Source of the DNA: an uncultured Candidatus Rokubacteria bacterium
Lineage (GTDB): Bacteria > Methylomirabilota > Methylomirabilia > Rokubacteriales > DASRDR01
Assembly (NCBI GenBank): GCA_963805625.1
Contig: CAWDVE010000017.1
Coordinates: forward strand, 512,001-576,000
DNA length: 64,000 bases
Direction: 5' to 3'
Below the pieces are notes generated by a model. That model was given only the letters and a program-made list of their open reading frames with translations. It did not search any database and was not told where the DNA came from. Of the stretch, positions 23,599-34,717 are shown piece after piece. The number at the start of each line of letters is the position of its first letter. Positions within the stretch are counted from its first letter, which is position 1. Made by a program: the position numbers and the translations under genes.

Positions 23599-25113
23599 GT
23601 GGACGAGATTCTCGGCAACCTGACCCTCGGCTTCTCGATCGCCCTCAGCCCCTTCAACCTCCTGATGGCTGCCGCGGGCGTCACCGTCGGCCAGCTCATC
23701 GGAGCCCTCCCCGGGATCGGTCCGGTCTCGGGGGTGGCGCTCCTCCTGCCGCTGACCTTCGGCATGCCCCCCACCTCCGGCATCATCATGCTGGCCGGGA
23801 TCTACTACGGCTCCCAGTACGGCGGCACCATCACGTCCGTCCTCATCAACACTCCGGGTGAGTCGGCCTCGGTCGTCACCTGCCTGGACGGTTACCAGAT
23901 GGCCCTCAAGGGTCGGGCCGGGCCGGCCCTGGGCATCGCCGCCTTCGGATCGTTCATCGCCGGGACGTTCGGGGTGGTCATGCTCATGCTGATGTCCCCC
24001 ACCCTGGCCCGGTGGGCGCTGTCGTTCGGCCCCCCCGAGACCTTCGCCCTGATGCTGCTGGGCCTGACCACGGTGACCGGGCTCACCGGGGAGAACGCCA
24101 TCAAGGGTTACATCAGCATGGTGCTGGGGTTGATGCTCGCCATGGTGGGCTTCGACATCATCTCCGGCGACCCGCGCTATGCCTTCGGCGTCAACGAGCT
24201 CCTGGACGGCTTCGACTTCCTGCCGGTGGCCATCGGTCTGTTCGGGATGGGCGAGGTGCTGGTGGGGGTCGAGCAGGCCCTGGACCTCAAGGTCCTCCAG
24301 GGACGGTACGGGATCCGGGACGTCCTGCCGACCGCCGCGGACTGGGCTCGCAGCCGGTGGGCGATCGCGCGCGGCACGGTGCTCGGCTTCTTCGTGGGCA
24401 TCCTGCCCGGGGCCGGCTCCACCATCGCCTCGTTCTTCTCCTACGCGGTCGAGCGGAAGTACTCGAAGCACCCCGAGGAGTTCGGGCACGGGGCCATCGA
24501 GGGGGTGGCCGGGCCCGAATCGGCCAACAACGCCGCCTCGGCCGGGGCCATGGTGCCCCTCCTGACCCTGGGCATCCCCGGCTCCGGCACCACCGCGATC
24601 CTGCTGGGCGGCCTCATGATGTGGGGCCTCCGCCCGGGGCCCCTCCTGTTCGAGAAGAACCCCGACTTCGTGTGGGGCCTCATCGCCTCCATGTACATCG
24701 GGAACGTGATCCTGGTCATCCTGAACATCGCCTTCATCCCCGTCTTCGTGCGGGCGCTGCGCATCCCCTACAGCATCCTGATGTCGCTGATCATCGTCTT
24801 CTGCATCACCGGCGCCTTCGCCGCCAACAACCGGGTGTGGGACGTCGGCGTGATGCTGGCCTTCGGGGTCCTGGGCTACCTCATGCGCAAGCTCGACTAT
24901 TCGGCGGCCGCCCTGACCCTGGCCTTGGTGCTCGGCCCCCTGGCCGAGCGGGCGCTCCGGCAGTCCCTCATCATCTCCGATGCCGGGGTGCTCATCTTCG
25001 TCCAGCGTCCCATCGCTGCGGTGCTGACCTCCCTGGCCATCCTGGCCGTCCTGGTCCCCACTGCCCGCGGCCTCTGGGCGCTGGCCCGGGGCCAGCGGAG
25101 CGTCCCGGCTTGA
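23599..25113 (+). CDS. TctA large permease
   Basis: GALPGIG, YYGSQYGG, GPESANNA, LTLGIPGS. Confidence 0.93.
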   Translation: MDEILGNLTLGFSIALSPFNLLMAAAGVTVGQLIGALPGIGPVSGVALLLPLTFGMPPTSGIIMLAGIYYGSQYGGTITSVLINTPGESASVVTCLDGYQMALKGRAGPALGIAAFGSFIAGTFGVVMLMLMSPTLARWALSFGPPETFALMLLGLTTVTGLTGENAIKGYISMVLGLMLAMVGFDIISGDPRYAFGVNELLDGFDFLPVAIGLFGMGEVLVGVEQALDLKVLQGRYGIRDVLPTAADWARSRWAIARGTVLGFFVGILPGAGSTIASFFSYAVERKYSKHPEEFGHGAIEGVAGPESANNAASAGAMVPLLTLGIPGSGTTAILLGGLMMWGLRPGPLLFEKNPDFVWGLIASMYIGNVILVILNIAFIPVFVRALRIPYSILMSLIIVFCITGAFAANNRVWDVGVMLAFGVLGYLMRKLDYSAAALTLALVLGPLAERALRQSLIISDAGVLIFVQRPIAAVLTSLAILAVLVPTARGLWALARGQRSVPA

Positions 25114-25404
25114 CGGCCGGCCGCGGGCGCCCCGCGTCCCGCGGCCGCATGACCCGGGCCGGCTGTCCGCCTTCACAGCGGCGCCCGCCTCCCTACAGTT
25201 GGAGACCACGGCGTCGGGAGGGAGCGGATGAGGCGGCCGGCCGGATCGAGCGCGGCGGGCGGCGAACGATGCGCGACCTGCCCCGGAGACGCTCCGGTGT
25301 CCGGATCCTCCGTCGTCGCACGTACCTGACCCCGAGCGTGCCGCGGTATGGCCACCGAAGTACTCGAAGGCCCACTCGTGGGCGTCGAGGAACTGTGGCA
25401 AGGT

Positions 25405-26071
25405 GCAGATCGGTAACGGCTCGGTGAGTCGCAAGCCCACGGCCAATCGCTTCCGGGCCAGGGACGGCTACATCGTGCTCGCGGTGCTGACCGAGAAGCA
25501 GTTCGTGAGCCTCATGACGACGATCGGGCGCCCCGACGCGCTCCTGGACCCTCGCTTCAAGGACTGAGCACGTGGCGCTGCTGCGCGAGGTAATCGAGGG
25601 CGCGCTGGCCAGCGACGACCCCAAGACCTGGGAGACGTGGCTGACCGCCGCCGATGTGCCGTGCGCGTGCATCTGGAAGATCGACGAGATCGTCGAGCAT
25701 CCGCAGCTTGAGCACCGCGACGTGCTGCAGACGAGCGACTCGCGCTACGGCCCTATGCGCCTCGTCGGTGCCGGTTTCCGCCTCGCCCACGGTACCCGGG
25801 CCTCGACCGCCAGCCACCCACGCTCGGCGAGCACACCGACGAGATCCTGACCGAAGCCGGCTACACCGCCACGGAGATCGAGCAGCTGCGACGCGACTCC
25901 GTCGTATAGGATCAGGGGACCCTTCGAACGGGTTCCGACCCCTTCCACCAACACGCGGTGGCAACGGCGTGACTGGATCCCCGCGCGTGAGAACGTCGGC
26001 GGGGCGTGGCGCTCGGCCACCGCCGCCACGTGCCGAAGCTCGGGCGCGCAACCCGTGGTGGCGTGCTAGAG
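25405..26071 (+). repeat. Direct repeat copy 2: degraded CoA-transferase 3' fragment
   Basis: Matches 20330-21317 but has a 14-nt deletion creating TGA near 25565, a 1-nt deletion near 25797, and lacks the ~310 bp segment. Confidence 0.9.
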
Positions 26072-26925
26072 GGCGGTGATCAGGTACACGCCGAGGACGA
26101 TGAGCAGTGTTCCCGTGACGAGGCGAGCGTTGATGCGCTCGATGTCCCGGAGAAACACCCACGAGAGCGCGAGGACGAAGAGAGGCATGGTGCCGCTGAG
26201 CGGAGCCACCACGCTCACGGTACCCACCCGGAGCGCGAGGACGCCGAGGAGCACCCCGAAGTTCTCGAGGACGCCGGCGGCGATCAGGTAGCCGAGACTC
26301 GGTGGCTCGCACCGGAGGCGGCGCAGGTGGCCGGAGGCGGCGAGGAAGACGGTGAAGGCGACGAGGGCGGTGGTGACGTTGACAGCGAAGCCGAGGAGCG
26401 GTCCGGCGCCGCCCAAGCCTAGCTTCCGGAGGATCGCGACCGCGCCGAAGCACGCCGCCGAGAGAAAGGGAAAGACGAGCTGGGAGGGGCGGAAGCCGAG
26501 GATCCGGCCGCCTGCGGAGAGCAGCACCGTACCCGCCACGATGACCGCGGTGCCGGCGAGGATCGGCGCGGTCACCGATTCCCCGAGGAGGAGAATCGCG
26601 AGCCCCGCGGCGATGAAGGGGTGGAGGTTGGTCAGCGCCGCGGCGACTGACGCACCCATCCGGTCGATGCTCACGAAGCGCAGCAGCCGGCCTGCTGTCG
26701 TCCCGACGAGGCCCGCGAGGACGAAGTAGAGGATGCCGTGGAGCTCGGTTGGGCCTGATGGCGCCGCCACGAGCACGGCGAGCCAGAGGCCCGCAGTGCC
26801 TACGACGAGATTGATCCAATAGCTCGTGAACGCATCGGCCCCCCGGAAGCCCAGACGGATGAGGATGGTCGCGCCCGCAGTGACGACAGCACTCCCGAGG
26901 GCGAGGACGTGGACGAGCTGGGGCA
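26066..26925 (-). CDS. EamA/DMT family transporter (start codon unclear)
   Basis: Two EamA repeats, about 10 TM helices (HVLALGSA..GATILIR, LLGESVT, VVAPLSGTMPLF); no clear ATG at the expected N-terminus. Confidence 0.8.
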
Positions 26926-27591
26926 GGGAGCGTCCCCCTATCGGCGCCTGCGGGTGACGGGACGAGACGGGCCGGGCGACACGACTGGTCCCATGTATCC
27001 CGTATGGCCATCGAGTGCAAGACGTCCAGGAGATGACGGGTCCGGAGGAGCGAGCGATGGCTCTCGCAGTCGTGCTTGTCCGCGAACGGGCGACCGCCAC
27101 CGCCGTCTGGACGTCCTCAGGCGCCACGATTGTGGAAGCACACAGGGGGCCAGACCTTGTGATGGTCACACCTAGATTGGCAACGTATAGCACAGTCAAG
27201 GAAATTCAGGTTTCTCCGCGGCATGCTATCTGCAGACCTTGGAAGGCACTTTGGCGCGGGATCGCCGAGTCTGGTGATCGGAGCAGGATGCTCGAGTTAC
27301 CTTCCGCCGGAGGCGAAGTCCCTCGCGGCCTCAGCGAGGGCGATCCCCGCCCGCCACCATCATGGGCGTTGACGGCCAGGCCGTGCTGACCGTAGAGTGC
27401 GGTTCACTCGAGACGGACGGGATCCTCCGAGAGGCGCTTCACCATCGAGACAGGCGACCGCGCGATGAGCAATCCCGTGTCAGGCCTTCGCCACCCAACC
27501 CTTCGGGGCCGCCGACGATTCGGCACACGGATCAACCCGGCATGTCGCAGGAAGTCACGCTCCGCTTGGATGGAAGGGAGGTTCAGGATCA

Positions 27592-29601
27592 ATGATCACA
27601 CGACGCACGTTCCTGAAATACAGCGCTGGCGGCACGATGCTCACGCTGTTCGGCTTCGACAAGGTTACCGGCCTCGCGAAGGCGCTCGCTTCGATCCCGG
27701 GGGGCTCACTCGACCCGTCCACGATCCTGAAGTACCAGACCCCGCTGCTCATCCCGCCGGTCATGCCCAAGGCCGGAACGATCGTCCTGCAGGGCGGCCC
27801 GAACGCCGACTACTACGAGATCTCGATGCGGCAATTCAAGCAGCAGATCCTGCCGGCCGGCTTTCCACAGACGACCGTCTGGGGCTACGGCGCGGTGACG
27901 TCCGCCAGCAAGAAGGGCCTGCTGCTCCACCACGCGCCATCGCTCACGATCGAGGCGCACTGGAAGCGCCCCGTCCGCATCAAGTGGATCAACGAGCTGG
28001 TGGATGCTGCGACCGGCGACTACCTGCCCCACCTGCTCCCAGTTGACCCGACGCTCCACTGGGCCAACCCGCCCGGCGGCACGGCGGCGCGCGACACGCG
28101 GCCCGATTTCACCGGCAAGACCTACGTGCCGCTGGCCGAGTTCAACGATCCCACCACGCAATACACGCAGTACACGGGCCCGTGCCCATCGTCACTCACG
28201 TCCACGGCGCCGTCGGCGTGGACGACGAGAGCGACGGCTACGCCGAGGCGTGGTACCTGCCCACGGCGGACAACATCCCCGAGGGCTACGCGACCGAGGG
28301 CACCTGGTATGGCTTCTTCGCCGACAAGGCCGAGGCGCAGTTCGAGGTCACGTGGGGGCCGGGGTTCGCCGTCTTCCAGTACCCGAACGCGAATCGCGCC
28401 TCGACCATCTGGTACCACGACCACGCGCTGGGCATGACGCGGCTCAACGTCTACGCCGGCCCGGCCGGCTTCTACATCATCCGCGGCGGTCCGGCAGGCG
28501 ACGATGCCGTGCTCGACAGCCGCTTCGGCACGCCGGCCATGCTTCCGGGTCCAGCGCCCAAGCCGGGGGATAAGTTCCCACCGAACAAGACCTACTACGA
28601 GATCCCGATCGCCATCCAGGACCGCTCGTTCAACAGCGACGGCTCGCTCTTCTACCCGGACACTCGCGCCTTCTTTCAGGATGTCCCCGCAGGAGGGCCC
28701 TTCATCCCGCTCTCCGACATCTCGCCGATCTGGAACCCCGAGTTCTTCGGCAACTGCATCATGGTGAACGGCAATACCTGGCCGTTCCAGACCGTCGAGC
28801 AGCGACGCTACCGCTTCCGCTTCCTGAACGGCTGTCAATCGCGCTTCCTGATCCTCGTCTTCGACAACCTCCCCGGCGTCGAGGTGTGGCAGATCGGCAA
28901 CGAGGGCGGCTTCCTGGCGGCGCCGGTGAACCTCACCGCGGTGAACGCCAACAAGCTCCTGATGGGCCTGGCCGAGCGCGCAGACGTCATCGTCGACTTC
29001 ACCAACGTCCCGGTCGGCAACTACGTCCTCGGGAACGTGGGCCCGGACGAGCCGTTCCCGGACGTAGATGAGGATTTCCCGGCCGCCGACCCGCTTACGA
29101 CCGGCCAGGTGATGGAGTTCCGCGTCGTCCCGGCGGTGGCACCTGATCCGACCACCCCGCCGCAGTTCCTGGTCCTGCCAGCCATTACTCCACTGCCACC
29201 CGAGTCGGTGACTCGACCGCTGGCTCTGCTCGAAGAAGTCTCGGCGTTCTCCGATGACGCCCCTGCGGAGACGCGGCTCGGCACGATAGAAGGCGATCCC
29301 AACGCGGGTCCGGGTACCTGGACTGCGAGACGGTGGAAAGACCCGGTCACCGAGAACCCGGCCGTCGGCGCGACCGAGGTCTGGGAGTTCTACAATGCAA
29401 CGGCGGACGCCCACCCGATCCACGTCCACGAGGTCGTCTTCGAGGTGGTCAACCGGCAGGCGATCTCTGTCGACGAGAGCGATCAGACAGTCCAGGTCGA
29501 ACCCGGATCGGATCCGACGCCGCCGGAACCGTGGGAGACGGGCTTCAAGGACACCGTTATCGCCTATCCCGAGCAGGTCACGCGCGTGCAAAGTACCTTC
29601 C
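27592..29601 (+). pseudogene. Tat-exported multicopper oxidase (bilirubin oxidase/CotA-like), frameshifted and C-terminally truncated
   Basis: MITRRTFLK; frameshift at ~28181 (GGC CC GTG); THVHG, WYHDH, HPIHVH present; HCH..HED T1 motif missing after GFKDTV..VTRV. Confidence 0.88.
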
Positions 29602-29685
29602 AGGTAATTGATTCGTTCGCGGGCCGCGTGGACGATGCCGACAGGAGCTGGTGGACTCTTCAGGCGCCGGACACGGAGGCCCCTC

Positions 29686-29940
29686 ATGCGGACATACCAT
29701 ATCGGTGATCCCCGGGCCGAGGCGTACCTCCTGAAAGTCGAAGAGATGCTGGCAGAGGCTCGCGCCTTCAGCGCCCGACGGGCGCTCCTCCGCGATGCGC
29801 GTCCGCCGCGCCGCAAGGCGCGGGTCTGGCTGGGCTCCGTCCTGCTCGCGGTCGGCCACCGCCTTCTCCAGTCAGTCCCCAGGCCCGCGGCCTCCGGCGT
29901 AGGCGCTCCAGCCGAAGGATCTCGGCCTTCAGGTCCTTGA
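29686..29940 (+). CDS. Small hypothetical protein
   Basis: GGAGG RBS; MRTYHIGDPRAEAYLLKVEEMLAEAR..RVWLGSVLLAVGHRL. Confidence 0.55.
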   Translation: MRTYHIGDPRAEAYLLKVEEMLAEARAFSARRALLRDARPPRRKARVWLGSVLLAVGHRLLQSVPRPAASGVGAPAEGSRPSGP

Positions 29941-30110
29941 TCCCCCATGGCGAATCGTGTGACACGTGAGACGTGGTGTGACACGCAACGCTCATCGCGC
30001 GCAGTCGAACGAACCCCACCGCGCTCGATCCAGGATCTCGCGGTGACCTGCGGCAGAGGCGGCGGGGGCCGGGACCGGCGCGCAACACGCTCCGCGTGCC
30101 GCTCTCAGGG

Positions 30111-31904
30111 CTATCGGCGGGACGGGATCTGCCGCAGCACGGCGGACGACGTCGCGCGGCTGTACTCCGCGGCGACGTGCACGTCGATCAGGCAGAGGGC
30201 ACCGCTGCGCACGTGCTCGATGCCTTCCTTGAGCGCTGCCGCCAGGTCCGCCGCGGTCTTGATGGGCCCGATGCCGACGGCACCCTGACCTCGAGCCAGC
30301 GCTGCCAGGTCGATCGGCGGGTCGCCTATCCGCACCCCGATGCCGCGGTTCTCGACCGGGCGCTCGCGCAGGCGGGCGACGCGCTCCTGGTGCAGCTCGT
30401 CGTTCAGGAACGACTGGTTGTTGGCCACGACGACCAGCAGCGGCACGCGATGGTGCACGCCGGTCCAGAGCGCGGTCACGCCCATCAGGTAGTCGCCGTC
30501 GCCCAGGATCGCGACCGGCAGGCGGCCCGTGCCCCGCAGCGCCAGGCCGGCGCCCACCGCCATGCCAGGGCCGGAGCCGAGGCCGCCGCCACCATCGAAG
30601 CCGATGTAGTCGAGCGGGTGCGCGAACCGGCAGTACTCGCCCGGCCACCCGAGCGGAAGCCGGATGTAGCTGGGACTGTGGGCCGCCAGGACGTCGGTGC
30701 AACCCTGCGCCAGCCCCGCCATCGTGATGACGTCGGGTACCCCGTCGGCTACCGGGGATTCCTCACGGAGCGTACCCGGCCCGGGCGCGGGAGGCGCCGC
30801 GGCGGATGTGCACGCGGGGAGGGCCTGCAGCAGCCTCGCCACCACGCGGTCCGGCGGCGCGAGGAGCGACACGTCGGCGGGCGGCAGACCCTGGTGATCC
30901 ATGCTCCAGCCGTTGTGGCAGTACTGGTCCACGGAGCACTGGATGACTTGCCCGGCGGGCAGGGAGCCCGCGCCCGCCAGGCGCAGGGAACCCGCGAGAT
31001 CGATCCAGTCGAGGCTCAGGATGACGTCGGCCTCGCGAATGGCCGGCCAGGCCTCCGCGCTCAGGAACAGGCCCGGCGGGCAGCCGTGGAGGGGATGGGT
31101 GGTGGGAAAGCAGGCCCCGGTCTTGAGGTCGGTGAACACCCGAGCGCCGAGCCGCTCGGCCAGGGCTACGCGACGGTCCCAGTCGTCGAGATGGGTCGAG
31201 ACACGGCCCATCAGGATGACCGGGCGGCGGGCGGCCGCGAGGAGGGACGCGGCGCGCGCGAGCGTCTCGGCCGGGGGATCCGCAGGCTCGGCCGCGCGGA
31301 ACCGCTCGAGCGGCGGCATCTCCACCGGATCGTCGATCGGCTGCTCCTGCAGGGTGGCGTCGAGGCACACGTAGACCGGCCCCGCCGGCGGGGTGGTCGC
31401 GATGATGCGCGCGCGCAGGATCGCCTCCAGGGCGGCGGGGACCGAGCCCGGCAGGTCGTCCCACTTGACGTAGCCGCGGACCATCGAGCCCAGGTCGCGC
31501 GCGGTGTGGATCCAGTCCACCCAGGGGCGTCGCCGCACCGAGTCGATCGGTCCCACCGCACCCAGGACCAGGATCGGCACGCGGTCGCACCAGGCGTTGA
31601 AGATCGCCATCGTCGCATGCGTCAGGCCGACGTTGCTGTGCAGGGCGACTGCCATCGGCCGCCCGGCCACCCGGGCGTAGCCGTGCGCGATGGCGACCGC
31701 GCTCTCCTCGTGTACCGCCAGCAGGAGCTCGGGCCGCGTGTTCCCGAGATAGTTGACGAGGCTGTCGTGCAGCCCGCGGAAGCTGGCGCCCGGCGTCAGC
31801 GCGATGAACTCGATGTCCATCAGACGCAGCAAGCGCACGATCGCGTCGCTCCCCCAGGCTGGCGCGGCGGCCGGCGGCGTTTCGGGGCGTTCGGTGGGCC
31901 TCAT
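30111..31904 (-). CDS. Thiamine-diphosphate-binding enzyme (acetolactate synthase/decarboxylase-like)
   Basis: PGASFRGLHDS, HEESAVAIAHG, GDGD..(N)NQS ThDP motif. Confidence 0.92.
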   Translation of the reverse strand: MRPTERPETPPAAAPAWGSDAIVRLLRLMDIEFIALTPGASFRGLHDSLVNYLGNTRPELLLAVHEESAVAIAHGYARVAGRPMAVALHSNVGLTHATMAIFNAWCDRVPILVLGAVGPIDSVRRRPWVDWIHTARDLGSMVRGYVKWDDLPGSVPAALEAILRARIIATTPPAGPVYVCLDATLQEQPIDDPVEMPPLERFRAAEPADPPAETLARAASLLAAARRPVILMGRVSTHLDDWDRRVALAERLGARVFTDLKTGACFPTTHPLHGCPPGLFLSAEAWPAIREADVILSLDWIDLAGSLRLAGAGSLPAGQVIQCSVDQYCHNGWSMDHQGLPPADVSLLAPPDRVVARLLQALPACTSAAAPPAPGPGTLREESPVADGVPDVITMAGLAQGCTDVLAAHSPSYIRLPLGWPGEYCRFAHPLDYIGFDGGGGLGSGPGMAVGAGLALRGTGRLPVAILGDGDYLMGVTALWTGVHHRVPLLVVVANNQSFLNDELHQERVARLRERPVENRGIGVRIGDPPIDLAALARGQGAVGIGPIKTAADLAAALKEGIEHVRSGALCLIDVHVAAEYSRATSSAVLRQIPSRR

Positions 31905-31977
31905 GGCTCCTCTCCTTCCGGTGTCACCGCCGGTCGGCGTCTGGGGAGGTCGGGTCGGCCGGCGGCCCGGGACCTCG

Positions 31978-32517
31978 TACGCCAGCTTCCCGTGGCTGAC
32001 CGTTCGGGACAACATCGCCTTCGGGCTCCGCCAGCGCGGCGCCGGCCAGGCCGAGATCAGCCGGCGCGTGGACGACGCGCTGGCACTCATGGGGCTGACC
32101 GAATTCGCGGCCGCCTATCCGGCACAGCTGTCCGGCGGCATGCGCCAGCGCGTGTGCATCGCCCGCACCCTGGTCCTCGAGCCGCGGCTCATCCTGCTCG
32201 ACGAGCCGTTCGGGGCCCTGGACCAGCAGACGCGTCTGCTGATGGGCGACGAGCTCTTGAACCTCTGGCGACAGTCCGGCGCCACCGTGCTGCTCATCAC
32301 CCACGCTCTGGACGAAGCCGCGATGCTCGCCGACCGCGTCGGTGTCATGTCGGCCCGCCCCGGGCGGTTCCTGGACATCGTGGAGACCGGCTGGCCGCGC
32401 GGCCGGGACAGCACGATCGTCGCCGACGCCGAGTTCGGCCGGATCACCGGCCGGCTGTGGTCACTCCTGCGCGGCGAGTCGCTGAAGGCGCTGCGCTCCC
32501 AGTCCGGGGCTCGCTGA
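31978..32517 (+). pseudogene. TauB/SsuB-like ABC ATPase lacking N-terminus
   Basis: FPWLTVRDN, LSGGMRQR, LLDEPFGALD, LITH; no Walker A or start. Confidence 0.8.
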
Positions 32518-32519
32518 CC

Positions 32520-33272
32520 GTGCGGCCGGCCACCCGCCTCCGGATCGTCGTCCTGGTCGCGTCCATCGCCCTCGTCGAGGGGCTGTGCCGCACCGGCGTG
32601 ATCGGCACCTTCACGATGATTCCGCCGACCGAGATGGCGCTCAGCCTATGGCGGCTCCTCCGCTCCGGCCGGGTGCAGGCCGACATCTACCGCACCCTGA
32701 CCGCCGTTGCCATTGCCATCGGCTCGTCGATCGTCGTCGGCATCGTCGTCGGCGCGGCAGTGCACGCGCTGCCCCGGCTCCGGCGCACCGTCGACCCCCT
32801 CCTGGCCGCGTACTACTCGGTGCCGGTGTTCGTTTTCTACCCGATGTTCATCGTGATGTTCGGCCTGAACGACATTCCCAAGGTCATGATCGGCTTTCTC
32901 TACGCGGTGGCCGTGATGATCATTAACACGCTCAACGGCCTCGATCGGGTGTCGCCGGTGCTCCTGAAGACGGTCCGGGTGCTCCGGATGGGCCGGACCG
33001 CGACCGCCTTCAGTGTGGTGCTGCCCTGCGCCGCCCCCTACCTGTTCACCGGCGTCAAGCTGGCCATCGCCTATTCGTTTATCGGCGTCGTCGGCTCCGA
33101 GTTCATCCTGTCCAGCGGCGGACTGGGCTATCAGATCGGCTTCGCCTATCACGACTTCAATAACCCGACGATGTACGCCCTGATCCTGTTCATCCTGTCC
33201 TTCGTCCTGGTCGTGAACATGACGCTGCACGCCTGGGAGAAGGCGCTGATGGCGCGGCGCGGTCTCCGGTGA
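32520..33272 (+). CDS. ABC permease (TauC/SsuC-like)
   Basis: IPPTEM, YYSVPVFVFYP, SEFILSSGGLG. Confidence 0.85.
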   Translation: MRPATRLRIVVLVASIALVEGLCRTGVIGTFTMIPPTEMALSLWRLLRSGRVQADIYRTLTAVAIAIGSSIVVGIVVGAAVHALPRLRRTVDPLLAAYYSVPVFVFYPMFIVMFGLNDIPKVMIGFLYAVAVMIINTLNGLDRVSPVLLKTVRVLRMGRTATAFSVVLPCAAPYLFTGVKLAIAYSFIGVVGSEFILSSGGLGYQIGFAYHDFNNPTMYALILFILSFVLVVNMTLHAWEKALMARRGLR

Positions 33273-34033
33273 GTACCGCCGCGCCGTCCCGGCTGCTGGG
33301 GAGCCGAGCGGTCGACCTCGCGATCCTCGCCGGCGTGGTGCTGGCGGTGTGGCAGCTCGCGCATCGGGGGGGGGGCGAGGTGGCGATGACCACGCCTCTC
33401 GGCACGCTGCGCCACACCGCTCTCACGCTGGCGTCCGCCGAGTTCTGGCCGCATGCCGGAGCCACGCTGACCGCGTTCGTGATCGCGCTCCTGCTGGCCG
33501 CGGGCACCGGTGTCCTGGCCGGCGCGCTCCTCGGGTACCACCGACTGTCGGGCGAGGTCGCGGAGCCGGTCCTCGTGGCGATCTATTCCATCCCCAAGGT
33601 CACGCTGTACCCGATCATCCTGCTGTTCTTCGGCATCGGGATCAGCGCCGAGGTCGCCTTCGAGGCGCTTCACCGCGTCATCCCCATCACGCTCTTCACG
33701 ACGAACGCGGTGCGTAACATCAACCCCGTGCTCGTCAAGACGGGGCGGATCCTGCGCCTCCCCCCGTGGACGCTGCTCCGGTCCGTGCTCCTGCCCGCCA
33801 CGCTGCCGGAGGTGTTCACCGGGCTCCGGGTCGGCTTCGCTCTGACGCTGATCGGCACCCTGCTGAGCGAGATGTTCGGCTCGCGGCGCGGTCTCGGCTT
33901 CATGCTGATGAACGCGATCGGTCTACACAACATGGAGGTGATCATGTCGCTCACCTTCATGCTGGTCGCCTTCGCGGGCTCGGTGAACGCGCTCCTGCTC
34001 GCCGTCGACCACCGCTTGCATCGCCGAGTGTAG
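33269..34033 (+). CDS. ABC permease (TauC/SsuC-like)
   Basis: YSIPKVTLYP, LPATLPEVFTGLR, SEMFGSRRGLG. Confidence 0.85.
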   Translation: MSTAAPSRLLGSRAVDLAILAGVVLAVWQLAHRGGGEVAMTTPLGTLRHTALTLASAEFWPHAGATLTAFVIALLLAAGTGVLAGALLGYHRLSGEVAEPVLVAIYSIPKVTLYPIILLFFGIGISAEVAFEALHRVIPITLFTTNAVRNINPVLVKTGRILRLPPWTLLRSVLLPATLPEVFTGLRVGFALTLIGTLLSEMFGSRRGLGFMLMNAIGLHNMEVIMSLTFMLVAFAGSVNALLLAVDHRLHRRV

Positions 34034-34440
34034 CCCTGTCATCGGATTGTGCGGGAACGGTGCGGACGGGGGTCCGAGGTCCAGGGCCTCGGTCGACATG
34101 CGCGGCTACGACGAGGTCGTCGCATGGCCAGGGGCGGGCGTCCCGGGGATGGAGGGGCCGACGACGTCAAGTATCGCTGCGAAATGTAGCACCGCGCTGT
34201 GAAATGCAGCGGCCGGCCCAACTGAGCTCCGCGAGCGGAACCCGGCGTCTAATCCGCTGCGGGGGATTGGGGCCAGTCGCGTCTTCTTGCCCCCTCGCCT
34301 GAAGACGCCCAAGTCCGAGGTGCGGCGGGGGCCGTCCGGTGCCGTCCTTGACACTGCCCGCGCTGGCGCGCACGTCGAAGTCGAGTGGGTCAGGGCTGCA
34401 ATCCCGACTGGAGGGAACGGGGGAAACGGTCGAAAAGGGG

Positions 34441-34692
34441 CCGCTGATCGTGCTCGGGCAGATCTACCAGTGCCACGGTGATCCGGCCCAGACGATGGTG
34501 CATTCCGGAGGGCGCTCGCGGAAGAGACCGGGGAGCCCCAGCTCCTGTTTCCCTGCTACGATGGCCTTGCCACCGTTCATGTGGACCTAGGCGACGAGGG
34601 CCGGGCCGAGGCGTTCATGCAGAGAGTCCAGGCAGGGAGTGAGGGGGAAGCTCGAGCCCGCCGCGCTCGTGGTGCTGCCATTCCTGGATTGA
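34441..34692 (+). pseudogene. Frameshifted C-terminal TPR remnant of a cyclase/AAA-TPR protein
   Basis: PLIVLGQIYQCHG, LAEETGEPQLLFPCYDGLAT, LVVLPFLD* spread over several frames. Confidence 0.6.
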
Positions 34693-34717
34693 AAGCAAGC
34701 ACGAGGAGACACTGGTC

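Noticed and set aside
25563-25568. TGA in CoA-transferase copy 2 as a third selenocysteine
   Set aside because: Created by a 14-nt deletion relative to copy 1 (Trp codon), with a frameshift and no SECIS.
30096-32519. 1058-aa ORF
   Set aside because: Mostly antisense to the ThDP enzyme; only 32520-33272 is a real permease.
33366-33375. G-run as a phase-variation tract in the permease
   Set aside because: The frame is intact (RGGG) and there is no other evidence; the transporter's ATPase is already a pseudogene.
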